From contig CAYNRK010000002.1 of NCBI GenBank assembly GCA_964399675.1, forward strand, positions 112,982-174,308: DNA of 61,327 nucleotides. The letters run 5' to 3'. A program made the translations under genes and the position numbers. The stretch comes from an uncultured Gammaproteobacteria bacterium. GTDB taxonomy: Bacteria > Patescibacteriota > Patescibacteriia > UBA9934 > GWF2-40-263. Below, in pieces: positions 17,713-27,824 of the stretch. Positions within the stretch are counted from its first letter, which is position 1; every line of letters begins with the position of its first letter. The notes beneath the pieces are model-generated. The model searched no databases. It saw only the letters and a program-made list of their open reading frames with translations, and was not told the DNA's origin.

Positions 17713-17816
17713 GTTATCCACAATTTGCTATTTTTTGACTAAGTCGAGTAAAGGTGAAATTGTCAAGCAAAAAACACATTTATGCAAAAAAGGGGGGAAC
17801 GAATCTTGTCAATCCT

Positions 17817-19184
17817 TTACTTGGATTGGACAAGCCTGCGCGCAACAGAATCAACATCCCCTGCTCCCATTACAATAAGAACATCCGTAGAAGGCGCGAT
17901 TTCTCTAAAAAGCTCGTGTGCATGATCTAAATCACGAGCGAATTGAATTTCTGGTTTTTGTATTTTATTCACAATATCTTGTGATGAAATTGATTGATCT
18001 TCATTTCTCCCAGCAACATCATAAACTTCGCTCAAGATTACAGGGAGATCTAGTTGACTTAACACTTTAATAAAATCATCAAACAGCTTTTCTGTTCTTG
18101 AGTGTTGATGAGGTTGATAACACAAAACGATTTTTTTATTTGGGAAAAATTCTTTTGCTGCTTCAATCGTGGCCTTAATTGCTGTTGGATGATGACCGTA
18201 ATCAGAAATCACTTCTGTATTCTGATGCGTTCCAACGCGTTCAAAACGGCGCCAGATTCCACCAAATGATTCAAGCGCTTTTTTACAGGTTTCAAATGGC
18301 ACACCAAGTTCCATTGCAGCTGTTGTGGCTGCAAGAGCATTCATGACATTAAAAGCACCAGGAACTGCAAGAGATAGTTTTCCAAGCTCAGTTTTAATTT
18401 CTTCATTGCGACAAATGTTAACCGCTTGCACACCAGACTTTGTTTCTCGATTCGCACCAAAATAGTCTGCGCTGGTTTCTAATCCATAACTTACGCCTTT
18501 GGAGATGTTTAGCTTTTTAATCTGCTCATCGTGTTTATTGAAAATAGTCAAACCTTTGCCTGTAAGTTTGTCTACAAAAATTTGGAACGTCTCTCTAACA
18601 TGATCAATGTTACGATAATAATCCAAATGATCCTCTTCAATATTTGTGAGCACAATCATCTCAGGAGCCATCTCAATCATGTTGGCTTGATACTCACAAC
18701 CCTCTACAACAAAAAACCTTCCTTTTCCAATTCGCAAATTTCCATGTTCAAATCCAGGAACCAAAGAACCAACCAAAACGGTTGGATCATAACCGGCCTC
18801 TTCAAGAATAAGACCGAGCATTGTGGTTGTTGTGCTTTTTCCATGCGTGCCTGTAACTACAATTGTTGAAAATTCTTTTGAAAGTTCTCCAAGAGCCTGA
18901 GCATAAGAAAGTTCTTGAATACCCTTTTCTCTTGCAGCAATTCGCTCAGCATTATCTTCTGGTACGGCAATTGAATAAATAACAAGATCAGCATCCTTAA
19001 CCTGATCTGCAGCATGACCTGAAAAAATCTCAGCTCCTATTTTTTTAACCCCATCTGTAATTTCACTCAAACACAAATCCGAACCGGAAACTGATTTGCC
19101 CTGAAACAAGCACCATTTTGCAACGGCTGCCATACCAATTCCTCCGATTCCAATAAAATGTATTTTGTTTGCTTTTTGCAGCAT
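17817..19184 (-). CDS. murC: UDP-N-acetylmuramate--L-alanine ligase MurC
   Basis: IHFIGIGGIGM, VTGTHGKSTTT, NIEEDHLDYY, DYGHHPTAI. Confidence 0.95.
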   Translation of the reverse strand: MLQKANKIHFIGIGGIGMAAVAKWCLFQGKSVSGSDLCLSEITDGVKKIGAEIFSGHAADQVKDADLVIYSIAVPEDNAERIAAREKGIQELSYAQALGELSKEFSTIVVTGTHGKSTTTTMLGLILEEAGYDPTVLVGSLVPGFEHGNLRIGKGRFFVVEGCEYQANMIEMAPEMIVLTNIEEDHLDYYRNIDHVRETFQIFVDKLTGKGLTIFNKHDEQIKKLNISKGVSYGLETSADYFGANRETKSGVQAVNICRNEEIKTELGKLSLAVPGAFNVMNALAATTAAMELGVPFETCKKALESFGGIWRRFERVGTHQNTEVISDYGHHPTAIKATIEAAKEFFPNKKIVLCYQPHQHSRTEKLFDDFIKVLSQLDLPVILSEVYDVAGRNEDQSISSQDIVNKIQKPEIQFARDLDHAHELFREIAPSTDVLIVMGAGDVDSVARRLVQSK

Positions 19185-19278
19185 ATTGAGTAAAAAACCT
19201 ACACCAAATATAACAGATTGTCAATGAATAAAATAGGAGCAAAAAATTTTCAAAAAGAAAAACGCCAGGACAGTGTGC

Positions 19279-20526
19279 CTAGCGCCGCAGTTGTTCTGTG
19301 CGATCGGTCGTGGACACGACCAGATCGTGGAACACAGAGTTGTATCGAACCGAACCGTCGGGGTTCCACCCTAGATTCCAACAGAAAGGAACCGGGCTGT
19401 GTTTACGTGTGTACACACATGGTCTGTGAAACGTTCCGTCATCAAGAACCACGGATGCAACATGACCAAGGTCATCAACCAGAACGTCCTGAACAACCTG
19501 ACCTGGCTCTGCTGTGAAGACCTGGTTTGGTGTGACAACTTGCTGAGTGCTCTGAGCACTCCAACGATCGTCTGTTACAATCGCTGCGATCGTTTGGCCT
19601 TTTGGCGACCATCGAAGATCTTGCTTTCGCATGGTGAATTGGCCCTCATGCACCAAATCACCATTGAGATACAATTCTCTGCCTTCTTGCTCGCTCGTGC
19701 TTCGCACAAGCCATGCAAGCGAATGTGTTGACGGCGATGTCCAGGCGGCTTCTACAACACCGGGAACCACAATCTCGCGCGCAACTGCAGAGCCGTTATC
19801 GCACTGCAAGCCAATCGGTCTGATCACAGAACACGGCCCTTTACGAAGAACCGCCAGGAACGAGTTGTTCCAGCAGAGGATGTCTAGCGGTCTTTCCCCC
19901 TTGTGGAGATAAACAGCTGCCCAATCCTTGAACAAACCGTCTTTGACGCGATAGCGGTAGTATGTTCCATTGATCTGCTCAAGAACAAGTAGACTGCCGT
20001 CGTGTAGCACGTTGACAATCGCACCCTGTTCCAGATGCAAAGGTCCTTGTGGCAAGAGTGCGGTGTGTGTGCCAATCGGATCCTTTTCGTTACGCCCGAT
20101 CGGCATCAGACCTTCTGGAGTCGGTCTCAGGCTTGTAAGCTCCTGGAGCTCGTGAAGAAGACAGACTCCGTCACAAGTTACGTGAAAGACACCAACAACC
20201 CAGTTGAACCAACCCCACACCTTTACCGACTCTGGATAAACTCCCAAGATGCGAAGGCCTTCACGAGCCTGCTTGGGATTCGTGGACCCAAACGCATATC
20301 TGGAAAAGTCTGCTCCGCTGTGAACCAGCCTTTGTTCTCCGTACGAACTTGACTCAACCATGCAGAAATGTTCACCATCTCCGCTTGTGGCAAACTGGTT
20401 GCCGTTGATCAAATCCCGGAGCATCTTAGGATCAGGAACACCGGGAAGTCGGTGGATATAAGCGAAGTCGCCCGTGAGCAAGGAGTTGTCCACGGCGAAG
20501 TGTATTGGCAGCCTTTCAGCTGTCAT
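19279..20526 (-). CDS. Hypothetical protein (GC-rich, beta-rich, possibly propeller-like)
   Basis: 415-aa ORF with GGAGG RBS; WSPKG/WNPDG/TSPST blade-like motifs. Confidence 0.75.
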   Translation of the reverse strand: MTAERLPIHFAVDNSLLTGDFAYIHRLPGVPDPKMLRDLINGNQFATSGDGEHFCMVESSSYGEQRLVHSGADFSRYAFGSTNPKQAREGLRILGVYPESVKVWGWFNWVVGVFHVTCDGVCLLHELQELTSLRPTPEGLMPIGRNEKDPIGTHTALLPQGPLHLEQGAIVNVLHDGSLLVLEQINGTYYRYRVKDGLFKDWAAVYLHKGERPLDILCWNNSFLAVLRKGPCSVIRPIGLQCDNGSAVAREIVVPGVVEAAWTSPSTHSLAWLVRSTSEQEGRELYLNGDLVHEGQFTMRKQDLRWSPKGQTIAAIVTDDRWSAQSTQQVVTPNQVFTAEPGQVVQDVLVDDLGHVASVVLDDGTFHRPCVYTRKHSPVPFCWNLGWNPDGSVRYNSVFHDLVVSTTDRTEQLRR

Positions 20527-20582
20527 GTAGCACCTCCGTAGAACATCTCTTTTAACACCCGCGAGATTGAGAGCGTCAACTA

Positions 20583-20611
20583 AACCTAGCTATTTTATGT
20601 ATATTTGTCAA
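20583..20611 (-). promoter_or_regulatory. Promoter TTGACA-N17-TAGGTT
   Basis: Upstream of the 415-aa gene. Confidence 0.55.
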
Positions 20612-20727
20612 CATGTATTTGACCACGTAAAATGGTCTGGCTGACTCTTTTTAAGAAAATAAATTCTATGTTGTAAAAGGCAAAAAAACACACTTTCTCT
20701 TTTATTCTTTTTTTGCCTAAAAAACAT

Positions 20728-21969
20728 ATGAATTTACGTACATTTGATACTGACACGTCTCAGATGCTTAACGCTGAGCTAAGACGCCAACAGGAAGTGT
20801 TGGAAATGATCCCATCTGAAAACTTTGTTTCCACTGCAGTACTTGAAACGCTTGGATCAATTGCTACAAATAAATATGCCGAGGGTTACCCTGGGCAAAG
20901 GTACTACGGTGGTTGTGAAAATATTGACGGACTTGAATCGCTTGCCATTGATCGCGCCAAGCAACTATTTGATGCTGAGCACGTTAATGTTCAGCCACTG
21001 TCTGGTGCACCGGCAAACCTTGCTGCTTATGCTGCGCTGGTTAAACCCGGTGAAACAATTTTAGGAATGGACTTGTCACACGGTGGCCACCTTACTCATG
21101 GCCATCCTGTAACTTTTGTGGCTGGTGTATGGAACTTTGTTCGATATAAAACAACCAAAGAAGGAATGATTGATTATGATGACATTGATGCAAAAGCTCG
21201 TGAACACAAACCAAAACTAATTCTTGTTGGCTATTCAGCTTATTCAAGAGAGATCGATTACGAGCGAATTGGAAAAATTGCAGATGAGGTTGGTGCACTA
21301 ACAATGGCAGACATTGCTCACATTGCAGGACTTATTGCTGCAGGTGAGATGAACAACCCTGTTCCGTATTTTGACTGCGTTACAACAACCACACACAAGA
21401 CTCTTAGGGGTCCGCGTGGTGGAATGATCATGAGTAAAAAGAAACACAAGAAGGCTATAAACAAGGCTGTCTTCCCAGGACTGCAGGGTGGGCCACATGA
21501 AAATGTTATTGCAGCAAAAGCTGTTGCATTCAAAGAAGCTTTGCAGCCTGAATTTAAGCAGTATGCAAAACAAATAAAATTAAACGCAAAGGCACTTGAA
21601 AAAGAATTTTTAAATAAAGATTACAAACTGATGTTTGGCGGAACAGATAATCACCTTCTACTTATTGATGTAACAAACAAAAACGCAACCGGTAGTGAAG
21701 CAGAAAAAGCATTGGATCTGGCCGGAATAACAGTTAATAAAAACGTAATTCCAGATGATCCTCGTTCACCACTTGACCCATCTGGAATTCGACTTGGAAC
21801 CCCGGCCCTGACAACCCGTGGCATGAAAGAAGAAGAGATGAAACAAATTGTAGAGTGGATTGATCAAGCGATTCAAAATCGTAAGCACGAAAACAAACTT
21901 ACTTCTATCAAAGAGGAGGTCAAACAACTAACAAACAAATTTCCTTTGTATCCAGACCTGAGTTACTAA
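20728..21969 (+). CDS. glyA: Serine hydroxymethyltransferase
   Basis: LEMIPSENF, NKYAEGYPG, TTTHKTLRGPRGG, PSGIRLGTPA. Confidence 0.98.
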   Translation: MNLRTFDTDTSQMLNAELRRQQEVLEMIPSENFVSTAVLETLGSIATNKYAEGYPGQRYYGGCENIDGLESLAIDRAKQLFDAEHVNVQPLSGAPANLAAYAALVKPGETILGMDLSHGGHLTHGHPVTFVAGVWNFVRYKTTKEGMIDYDDIDAKAREHKPKLILVGYSAYSREIDYERIGKIADEVGALTMADIAHIAGLIAAGEMNNPVPYFDCVTTTTHKTLRGPRGGMIMSKKKHKKAINKAVFPGLQGGPHENVIAAKAVAFKEALQPEFKQYAKQIKLNAKALEKEFLNKDYKLMFGGTDNHLLLIDVTNKNATGSEAEKALDLAGITVNKNVIPDDPRSPLDPSGIRLGTPALTTRGMKEEEMKQIVEWIDQAIQNRKHENKLTSIKEEVKQLTNKFPLYPDLSY

Positions 21970-21976
21970 GTAAGCA

Positions 21977-22060
21977 AGTTCCCCTCCTTTTCAAGGAGGG
22001 GTTAGGGGTGGTTATGATTCAGAATACTAACCCCCCATAGTCCCCCTTGAGAAGGGGGAC
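21977..22060. repeat. Family A inverted doublet (intergenic)
   Basis: 40 bp identical to 1097-1136, plus a second inverted unit. Confidence 0.85.
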
Positions 22061-22069
22061 ATTTTAATA

Positions 22070-22098
22070 TTGACGAAATCGGGTTTTTTTGATAGCAT
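22070..22098 (+). promoter_or_regulatory. Promoter TTGACG-N17-TAGCAT
   Basis: Upstream of the 22167 gene. Confidence 0.5.
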
Positions 22099-22166
22099 TT
22101 TTTCTCGGTTCTTGTAAGATGTACTCGGAACCGACTAGAGAAAACTATCGGCTGCCAGGAGACACG

Positions 22167-22616
22167 ATGTCTGACAAACCAGGTCTTTTCGCTCGACTGC
22201 GCAACTGGTGGCGGTTCTGGCCGCGCGACTGGGAGCTGCGACGACTGATCAAGCGTCAGATGTGGGTGACAGCATTCACACTCGTGGTGTTTGGTGGTAT
22301 TCACTTGGCAACAAACAGTCTCGCCATCGCCACTTTCGCTACAGTGCTCTTGACCATGCTTGGCGTCGCCTGCAACTCCACAGCCTTATCAGCCTTTGTC
22401 GCAGCGGCTTTCAGCACCATGTCTTTCATGACCTTCGCGACCCCGTATCTAATCGCCATCATTCCTGTCCTCGTCATTTCCGTGGTTGTCATTGCCGCTG
22501 CCGCTGCTGCAGAAGAAGTTCCTTGGCGGCACGCAGCTCTTGCACTTCTTGTGCAGGCCGGGCTCATCTGGGTTGTCCTGGCAGGTGTGTCTACCGTACT
22601 TCACCTCTTGGCCTAG
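22167..22616 (+). CDS. Small multi-pass membrane protein (GC-rich)
   Basis: AGGAGA RBS before ATG 22167; several hydrophobic segments; terminator-like hairpin at 22627-22661. Confidence 0.7.
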   Translation: MSDKPGLFARLRNWWRFWPRDWELRRLIKRQMWVTAFTLVVFGGIHLATNSLAIATFATVLLTMLGVACNSTALSAFVAAAFSTMSFMTFATPYLIAIIPVLVISVVVIAAAAAAEEVPWRHAALALLVQAGLIWVVLAGVSTVLHLLA

Positions 22617-22683
22617 CACCGAACTTGACGTCTTGTGAGCCCAAACTTGCAGGACGTTTTTCAATTACCAAAACCTTCACGAA

Positions 22684-22727
22684 ATTCCAATACTATTCTT
22701 TACGATCGACGATAATAGTATTGGAAT
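22684..22727. repeat. CGATCG-centred imperfect palindrome (44 bp)
   Basis: ATTCCAATACTATT outer arms around CGATCG at 22703-22708. Confidence 0.75.
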
Positions 22728-22788
22728 CTTTTCTGCTTCCTAAGGGCTTTCTGTTGAAACAAATTCCAAAAAAACAAAAACTGAATCT

Positions 22789-22826
22789 CTTATAAAATAC
22801 TTCACGATCGTGAAGTATTTTATAAG
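22789..22826. repeat. CGATCG-centred perfect palindrome (38 bp)
   Basis: CTTATAAAATACTTCA-CGATCG-TGAAGTATTTTATAAG. Confidence 0.9.
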
Positions 22827-22907
22827 TATTTTGTCTAATCGCCTCGTGGTATCTTTGTGGTATCTTTGTTGAAACAAATCACTAAAACTGATATCCTTCT
22901 GTCACTT

Positions 22908-23759
22908 ATGTTTCAAATTCTTGATGGGCGCGCTTTGGCAAAGCGCATCCGTGACAAAATTAAATCGCGAGTTGAACAGCTTGACACGCCGCCAGGGCTT
23001 GCTGTTATTTTGGTTGGAAATGATCCTGCTTCTCACACCTATGTTGGCAAGAAACAAAAAGCATGTGAAGAAGCTGGAATTTATTTTGAACAGTTTTTAT
23101 ATTTTGCAACCGAGCCTGAAGAAAAAATTATTGAAAAAATTAAAGAGTTAAACATTCGCAATGATATTCATGGAATACTTGTTCAACTTCCTCTTCCTTC
23201 TCAAGACGCTAACAGAATCATTGCTGAGATTGATCCCAAAAAAGACGTAGATGGATTTCATAAAAAAAATATTGAAGCATTGAAAGCCGGTAAGCCTGCA
23301 ATTGCTCCAGCGGTTGCACTAGGAATCATGAAACTCGTAAGCGAAGCAATTAGATTATCTACAACAAGAAGCAAAGCAACAAGAAGCAAAGCAACCATTA
23401 TCTCAAGCAAACTATTTGCAGAACCACTCATCCCACTTCTTCATAAAGTTGACATTGAAACAGAAGTGGTTGGTGCAAATGACGCCGAACTTTCAAACAA
23501 AACAAAAACCGCTGACATACTAATAGTTGCGGTTGGAAAACCCGGAATGATCACAGGCAACATGATCAAACCAGGAGCTATTGTGATCGACGTTGGAACA
23601 ACAAAAATTAATGGACATCTTCTGGGAGATGTTGACTTTACTTCTGCGGAGGAAGTTGCTGGATTTTTGACTCCTGTTCCCGGAGGCGTTGGTCCAATGA
23701 CGGTTGCGATGTTGCTTGTAAACGTGCTGAAAGCTTACCGGTTGTTGGCTTTGCAATAA
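22908..23759 (+). CDS. folD: Bifunctional methylene-THF dehydrogenase/cyclohydrolase FolD
   Basis: GLAVILVG, HGILVQLPLP, KDVDGFH, DVG, TPVPGGVGPMTVAML. Confidence 0.95.
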   Translation: MFQILDGRALAKRIRDKIKSRVEQLDTPPGLAVILVGNDPASHTYVGKKQKACEEAGIYFEQFLYFATEPEEKIIEKIKELNIRNDIHGILVQLPLPSQDANRIIAEIDPKKDVDGFHKKNIEALKAGKPAIAPAVALGIMKLVSEAIRLSTTRSKATRSKATIISSKLFAEPLIPLLHKVDIETEVVGANDAELSNKTKTADILIVAVGKPGMITGNMIKPGAIVIDVGTTKINGHLLGDVDFTSAEEVAGFLTPVPGGVGPMTVAMLLVNVLKAYRLLALQ

Positions 23760-24129
23760 GTGCTCCAACTATAACCGCGATGAAATTTACCCAATTTGCA
23801 GAAATCACCGGCCAGTTAATAATTGATTGCCAAGAGAATCCATAAATAGGCTGAACAAGAAGTGCTGAAAAGAAAAAGAACAAAAACATCCAAAAAATTG
23901 AAATAAGAATCCTTGACCACCAATCATTTCTTGCTTTTCGAAAATATAAAAAAGCAAATAAAAGTACTAAAATTGGTGTAAAAAATTGATAGACAAGACC
24001 CAAAGATGGATTTTGAGTTACCTCAATTAGAGAATACAAAATAAGTGAAATCGGATACCAAACCACAAACATAACAACAAAGTAACCAATGGATCGTTTG
24101 TTAAAAATTGTTTTGAGTTCCTCTAACAT
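23638..24129 (-). CDS. Membrane protein overlapping the folD 3' end in antisense
   Basis: About 4 TM segments; likely start MLEELK at 24129. Confidence 0.65.
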   Translation of the reverse strand: MLEELKTIFNKRSIGYFVVMFVVWYPISLILYSLIEVTQNPSLGLVYQFFTPILVLLFAFLYFRKARNDWWSRILISIFWMFLFFFFSALLVQPIYGFSWQSIINWPVISANWVNFIAVIVGALIAKPTTGKLSARLQATSQPSLDQRLREQESKIQQLPPQK

Positions 24130-24134
24130 ATATA

Positions 24135-25310
24135 TTAGCTTACAAAGATTGAAATAATTTGAAAAGCAATACCGCCGGCAAAAATCGCAATAACCAACCA
24201 CGTTAATACATCTGGAAAGTTCAAACATTTATGGCTCCTGCAAACAGGGCTTTTTTTCATTTTTTTATAAGTGAGTGCTAAAAGAATTCCTGTGATACCA
24301 CCAAACACAGCCCCAACAAATCCAATAAGGTTAATAAACTCTCTAACTCCACTGGCAAACAAAATGATTGGCACACCTGTTACAAGTAACCATGAAATCA
24401 CGCGCTTCATGTGAAAGTCATAACGTAATGTATTTTGCAACTCAATACCCAACACCATATAAATCGACAAGATCGTTATGGAACCCAAAAGTGTTGCAAC
24501 AATTCTAAACGTTGGCCCAAGCACTGGAATCAAACCATCAAATGCTGTTTGTGAAGTTTCCGCACCTGTAACACCAACCACAGTCAATGAAAACAATCCA
24601 AACAGCAGCATGATAACTGACATGCCAATAATAATTACTCTTCCAAGATTATGTTCTTGTTTTTTTCCAAGCACGTCTTTTAATTCAGGAACAATTCCGG
24701 TTCCAGCCATTGAGAAAAGGATCACACCATAAGGAAGAAAGAAGCCGGACAAACTGGATACTTGAAAATTGCCCAACTGTATTTCCGGAATGCTTAGCAA
24801 AATAATAAAAGTAAACAAAAATAAAAGCGCGCCAATAAGAATCACTTCCAGTTTAGAAGCAAATATTAAGCCGCGGTAAATAAGATATGTTGCAACAACT
24901 GCAACGATTATTGAGTAAACAAGTTCAGGGCCACCAAAAAGTGGATTTAGAAGCAGAAATAAAAAACGTCCTCCCACAATGATATAAGCTGTCATTGCCC
25001 CCCAAATACCTGATGCCAGACCAAACATTCCAATCCATGACAATTTTCTGCCCAAATATATTTCTATGTACCCGGCAAGTCTGTGCTTGCCTTCAGTTTG
25101 CACCACCACTTCTGCAAACATCAGTTGCAAAATAGTCAACAATCCACCCACAATTATCAACCAAAATAAGCCAATCGCTATCCCAGACTGCGCAAATGCA
25201 TAAGGAAGCCCAAAAATACCAACGCCAATAATTGCGCCGATCATCATTCCGACTGATCGTAAAAATTTTATGTTTGGATGAGTCACAAGTTCCTCACAAT
25301 TATAACACAA
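24135..25310 (-). CDS. Aromatic amino acid transporter family (TyrP/Mtr-like) permease
   Basis: GMMIGAIIGVGIFGLPYAF, LPYGVILFS; many TM helices; start uncertain (GTG nearby). Confidence 0.85.
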   Translation of the reverse strand: MCYNCEELVTHPNIKFLRSVGMMIGAIIGVGIFGLPYAFAQSGIAIGLFWLIIVGGLLTILQLMFAEVVVQTEGKHRLAGYIEIYLGRKLSWIGMFGLASGIWGAMTAYIIVGGRFLFLLLNPLFGGPELVYSIIVAVVATYLIYRGLIFASKLEVILIGALLFLFTFIILLSIPEIQLGNFQVSSLSGFFLPYGVILFSMAGTGIVPELKDVLGKKQEHNLGRVIIIGMSVIMLLFGLFSLTVVGVTGAETSQTAFDGLIPVLGPTFRIVATLLGSITILSIYMVLGIELQNTLRYDFHMKRVISWLLVTGVPIILFASGVREFINLIGFVGAVFGGITGILLALTYKKMKKSPVCRSHKCLNFPDVLTWLVIAIFAGGIAFQIISIFVS

Positions 25311-25354
25311 TTTCAGCTTGATTCCTTGGGCTAAAGTGATAAGATGCCCGGGCT

Positions 25355-26860
25355 ATGCCTAATCTACTTGAAAAAATTCCTCCACAAAACCTAGAAGCTG
25401 AACAATCCCTACTTGGGTGTTTGTTGATTGATCAGGATTCTATTGTCCGAATTGCCGATCGTGTCCACGGCGATGACTTTTATCGAGAAGCCCATGAAAA
25501 AATCTATGAAGGAATTTTGGAATTGTTTGATCGACATGACCCAATTGACATTTTGTCTTTAGGAAACCGGTTAGAAGAAAAAGAATTGTTACAACGCATT
25601 GGAGGTAGAGCTTATTTAGTTGAACTCTCAAACATGGTTCCAACTTCAGCAAACGTTGTGCACTACGCTGACATTGTCCAAAAGAAAGCAACACTCAGGC
25701 GTTTGCTTAAAGCTGCAACAACCATCACATCATTGGGCTATGGAGAAGAGGCTGAAATTGATTCAACATTGGATGAAGCTGAACGAGCACTTTTCACTGT
25801 TTCACAAAAATATAACAAGAACACATTTATTCCAATCAAAAGCGTGCTTACTGATGCGTTTGATCGTATTGACGAACTTCACAAAGAGCGCGGGAAGCTC
25901 CGCGGACTCACATCCGGTTTTAAAGAAATGGATAATTTGTTGGCTGGTTTTCAACGTTCGGATTTAATCGTTCTTGCTGCGCGTCCATCTGTTGGAAAAA
26001 CATCGCTTGCTCTTGATGTTGCTCGTCATATTGGTGTTAATGCCAAAACTCCTGTTGGACTTTTTTCTCTTGAAATGTCAAAAGAACAGTTGGTTGATCG
26101 TATGATTTGCGCACAGTCTGGTGTTGATTTATGGAAACTTCGAACAGGGCGGCTTTCAGATCAAAAGGATGACTTTCCAAAAATCGGGCAAGCGTTTGGT
26201 GAACTTTCTGAAGCACCGATTTTTATTGACGACTCTGCAACGCTTAACATTATGCAGTTGCGCACCAAAGCACGTCGCTTGAAAACCGAACACGGACTTG
26301 GGATCATTATTATCGATTACTTGCAGCTCATGGAAGGCAGAAATAGAAATAGTTCTGACAATCGTGTTCAGGAAGTATCAGAAATTACTCGTGGGCTAAA
26401 ACAAATTGCAAAAGAATTGGATATCCCGGTTTTGGCTCTTGCACAGCTTTCGCGTGCTGTTGAACAAAACAAACCAGCTATTCCGCGACTGTCTCACTTG
26501 CGAGACTCAGGATCAATTGAGCAAGATGCTGATGTTGTACTTTTTATTTATCGAAAAGCTTCTGATCGAAACTATCAAAAAGATGAGTTGTCACCTGAGG
26601 AACAAAACATTGCTGAGATTCACATTGCAAAACACAGAAACGGTCCAACCGGCCTTGTCAGACTTTATTTTGAACAAAAGAAAGCGTCGTTTAGAGGCCT
26701 TGATGCTAGATCAACACAACACATTCCTACAACACAAGACGATCCATTTGCACCTGTTGCAAAACCTCCAACAGAACAAAAAGCACCGCCACCGATTGAT
26801 CCAAATCCAACAAAAACTAAACCAAACATTGAACCACCGCCCCTAGGTGCGGTATCATAA
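25355..26860 (+). CDS. dnaB: Replicative DNA helicase DnaB (Pro-rich C-terminal tail)
   Basis: PPQNLEAEQ, AARPSVGKT, IIDYLQLM, LRDSGSIEQDADVV, KHRNGPTG. Confidence 0.98.
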   Translation: MPNLLEKIPPQNLEAEQSLLGCLLIDQDSIVRIADRVHGDDFYREAHEKIYEGILELFDRHDPIDILSLGNRLEEKELLQRIGGRAYLVELSNMVPTSANVVHYADIVQKKATLRRLLKAATTITSLGYGEEAEIDSTLDEAERALFTVSQKYNKNTFIPIKSVLTDAFDRIDELHKERGKLRGLTSGFKEMDNLLAGFQRSDLIVLAARPSVGKTSLALDVARHIGVNAKTPVGLFSLEMSKEQLVDRMICAQSGVDLWKLRTGRLSDQKDDFPKIGQAFGELSEAPIFIDDSATLNIMQLRTKARRLKTEHGLGIIIIDYLQLMEGRNRNSSDNRVQEVSEITRGLKQIAKELDIPVLALAQLSRAVEQNKPAIPRLSHLRDSGSIEQDADVVLFIYRKASDRNYQKDELSPEEQNIAEIHIAKHRNGPTGLVRLYFEQKKASFRGLDARSTQHIPTTQDDPFAPVAKPPTEQKAPPPIDPNPTKTKPNIEPPPLGAVS

Positions 26861-26876
26861 ATCAATAAAAATACTT

Positions 26877-27176
26877 ATGTTCAACAAAATAAAATCAATC
26901 AAAGACATACGCCAACAAGGCAAAAAAATACAGGGTGAGCTGGAAAAACTAACAGCTGAAGGAACAGCTGCTTGGGGGAAAATTCGTGTTGTTGTTGATG
27001 GAAATCAAGAGATTAAAAAAATTGAGATTGACGATGAGCTTCTTTCAAGTAAGTCAAAGCTGATAGATGGAATTATTGAGGCAACAAACAGCGCGCTTAA
27101 AAAAGTACAAAAAGACACGGCAATGAAAATGAAAGATATGGGAGGGCTTGATATGCTTAAGAAGCTAGACATGTAA
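26877..27176 (+). CDS. ybaB: YbaB/EbfC nucleoid-associated protein
   Basis: Sequence pattern (IRVVVDGNQEIKKIEID) and position before recR. Confidence 0.9.
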   Translation: MFNKIKSIKDIRQQGKKIQGELEKLTAEGTAAWGKIRVVVDGNQEIKKIEIDDELLSSKSKLIDGIIEATNSALKKVQKDTAMKMKDMGGLDMLKKLDM

Positions 27177-27178
27177 CT

Positions 27179-27784
27179 ATGCGGCGGTTTCCAGAACCAA
27201 TTTCAAATCTTGTTGCTTCTTTTTCTCGACTACCCGGCGTAGGGCCCAAAACGGCACTGCGCTATGTTTTCTATTTGCTAAAGATTCCAAAAACCGAAAT
27301 CGTTCAATTTGCACAAACGCTCATTGATCTGTCTGAAAAAATTCTTGTGTGTGATTCTTGTTTTACTTACACAGAAAAAACTCCGTGTGAAATTTGTTCA
27401 AATGAAAAGCGTGATAGATCTGTTATTTGTGTTATTGAAGAGGCCAGAGATATTTCAACTATTGAAGATACGGATTCGTTTCAGGGACACTATCACGTTT
27501 TGGGAGGTTGTTTGAATCCGATTGAAGGCATGACAGAAGACACTTTGCGCATTAAAGAACTGATCAATAAAATTGAAACGCAACCGGAAATTACCGAAGT
27601 TATTTTGGCCTTGTCACCAACTGTTTATGGTGAGGCAACGATGATGTATCTTTCAAAAAAATTAAATGGCTATGGAAAACGTATTACACGACTAGCGCGC
27701 GGTTTGCCTATTGGCGCAACACTTGAGTATGCAGATGATATAACTCTTGGAGATGCGATTAAAGATAGGAAAACGATAGAATAA
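27179..27784 (+). CDS. recR: Recombination mediator RecR
   Basis: LPGVGPKTA, CxxC-x8-CxxC, Toprim region, RLARGLPIG..LEYAD. Confidence 0.97.
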   Translation: MRRFPEPISNLVASFSRLPGVGPKTALRYVFYLLKIPKTEIVQFAQTLIDLSEKILVCDSCFTYTEKTPCEICSNEKRDRSVICVIEEARDISTIEDTDSFQGHYHVLGGCLNPIEGMTEDTLRIKELINKIETQPEITEVILALSPTVYGEATMMYLSKKLNGYGKRITRLARGLPIGATLEYADDITLGDAIKDRKTIE

Positions 27785-27813
27785 GAAATCTCGCCAACGG
27801 GCTGTGGCGAGAT
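27782..27813 (-). terminator. Terminator hairpin (minus-strand U-tract)
   Basis: ATCTCGCCA/TGGCGAGAT followed by TTCTT. Confidence 0.65.
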
Positions 27814-27824
27814 AAGAGAGAAGC

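Noticed and set aside
17714-17722. oriC
   Set aside because: Only one DnaA box was found, with no cluster and no dnaA/dnaN nearby.
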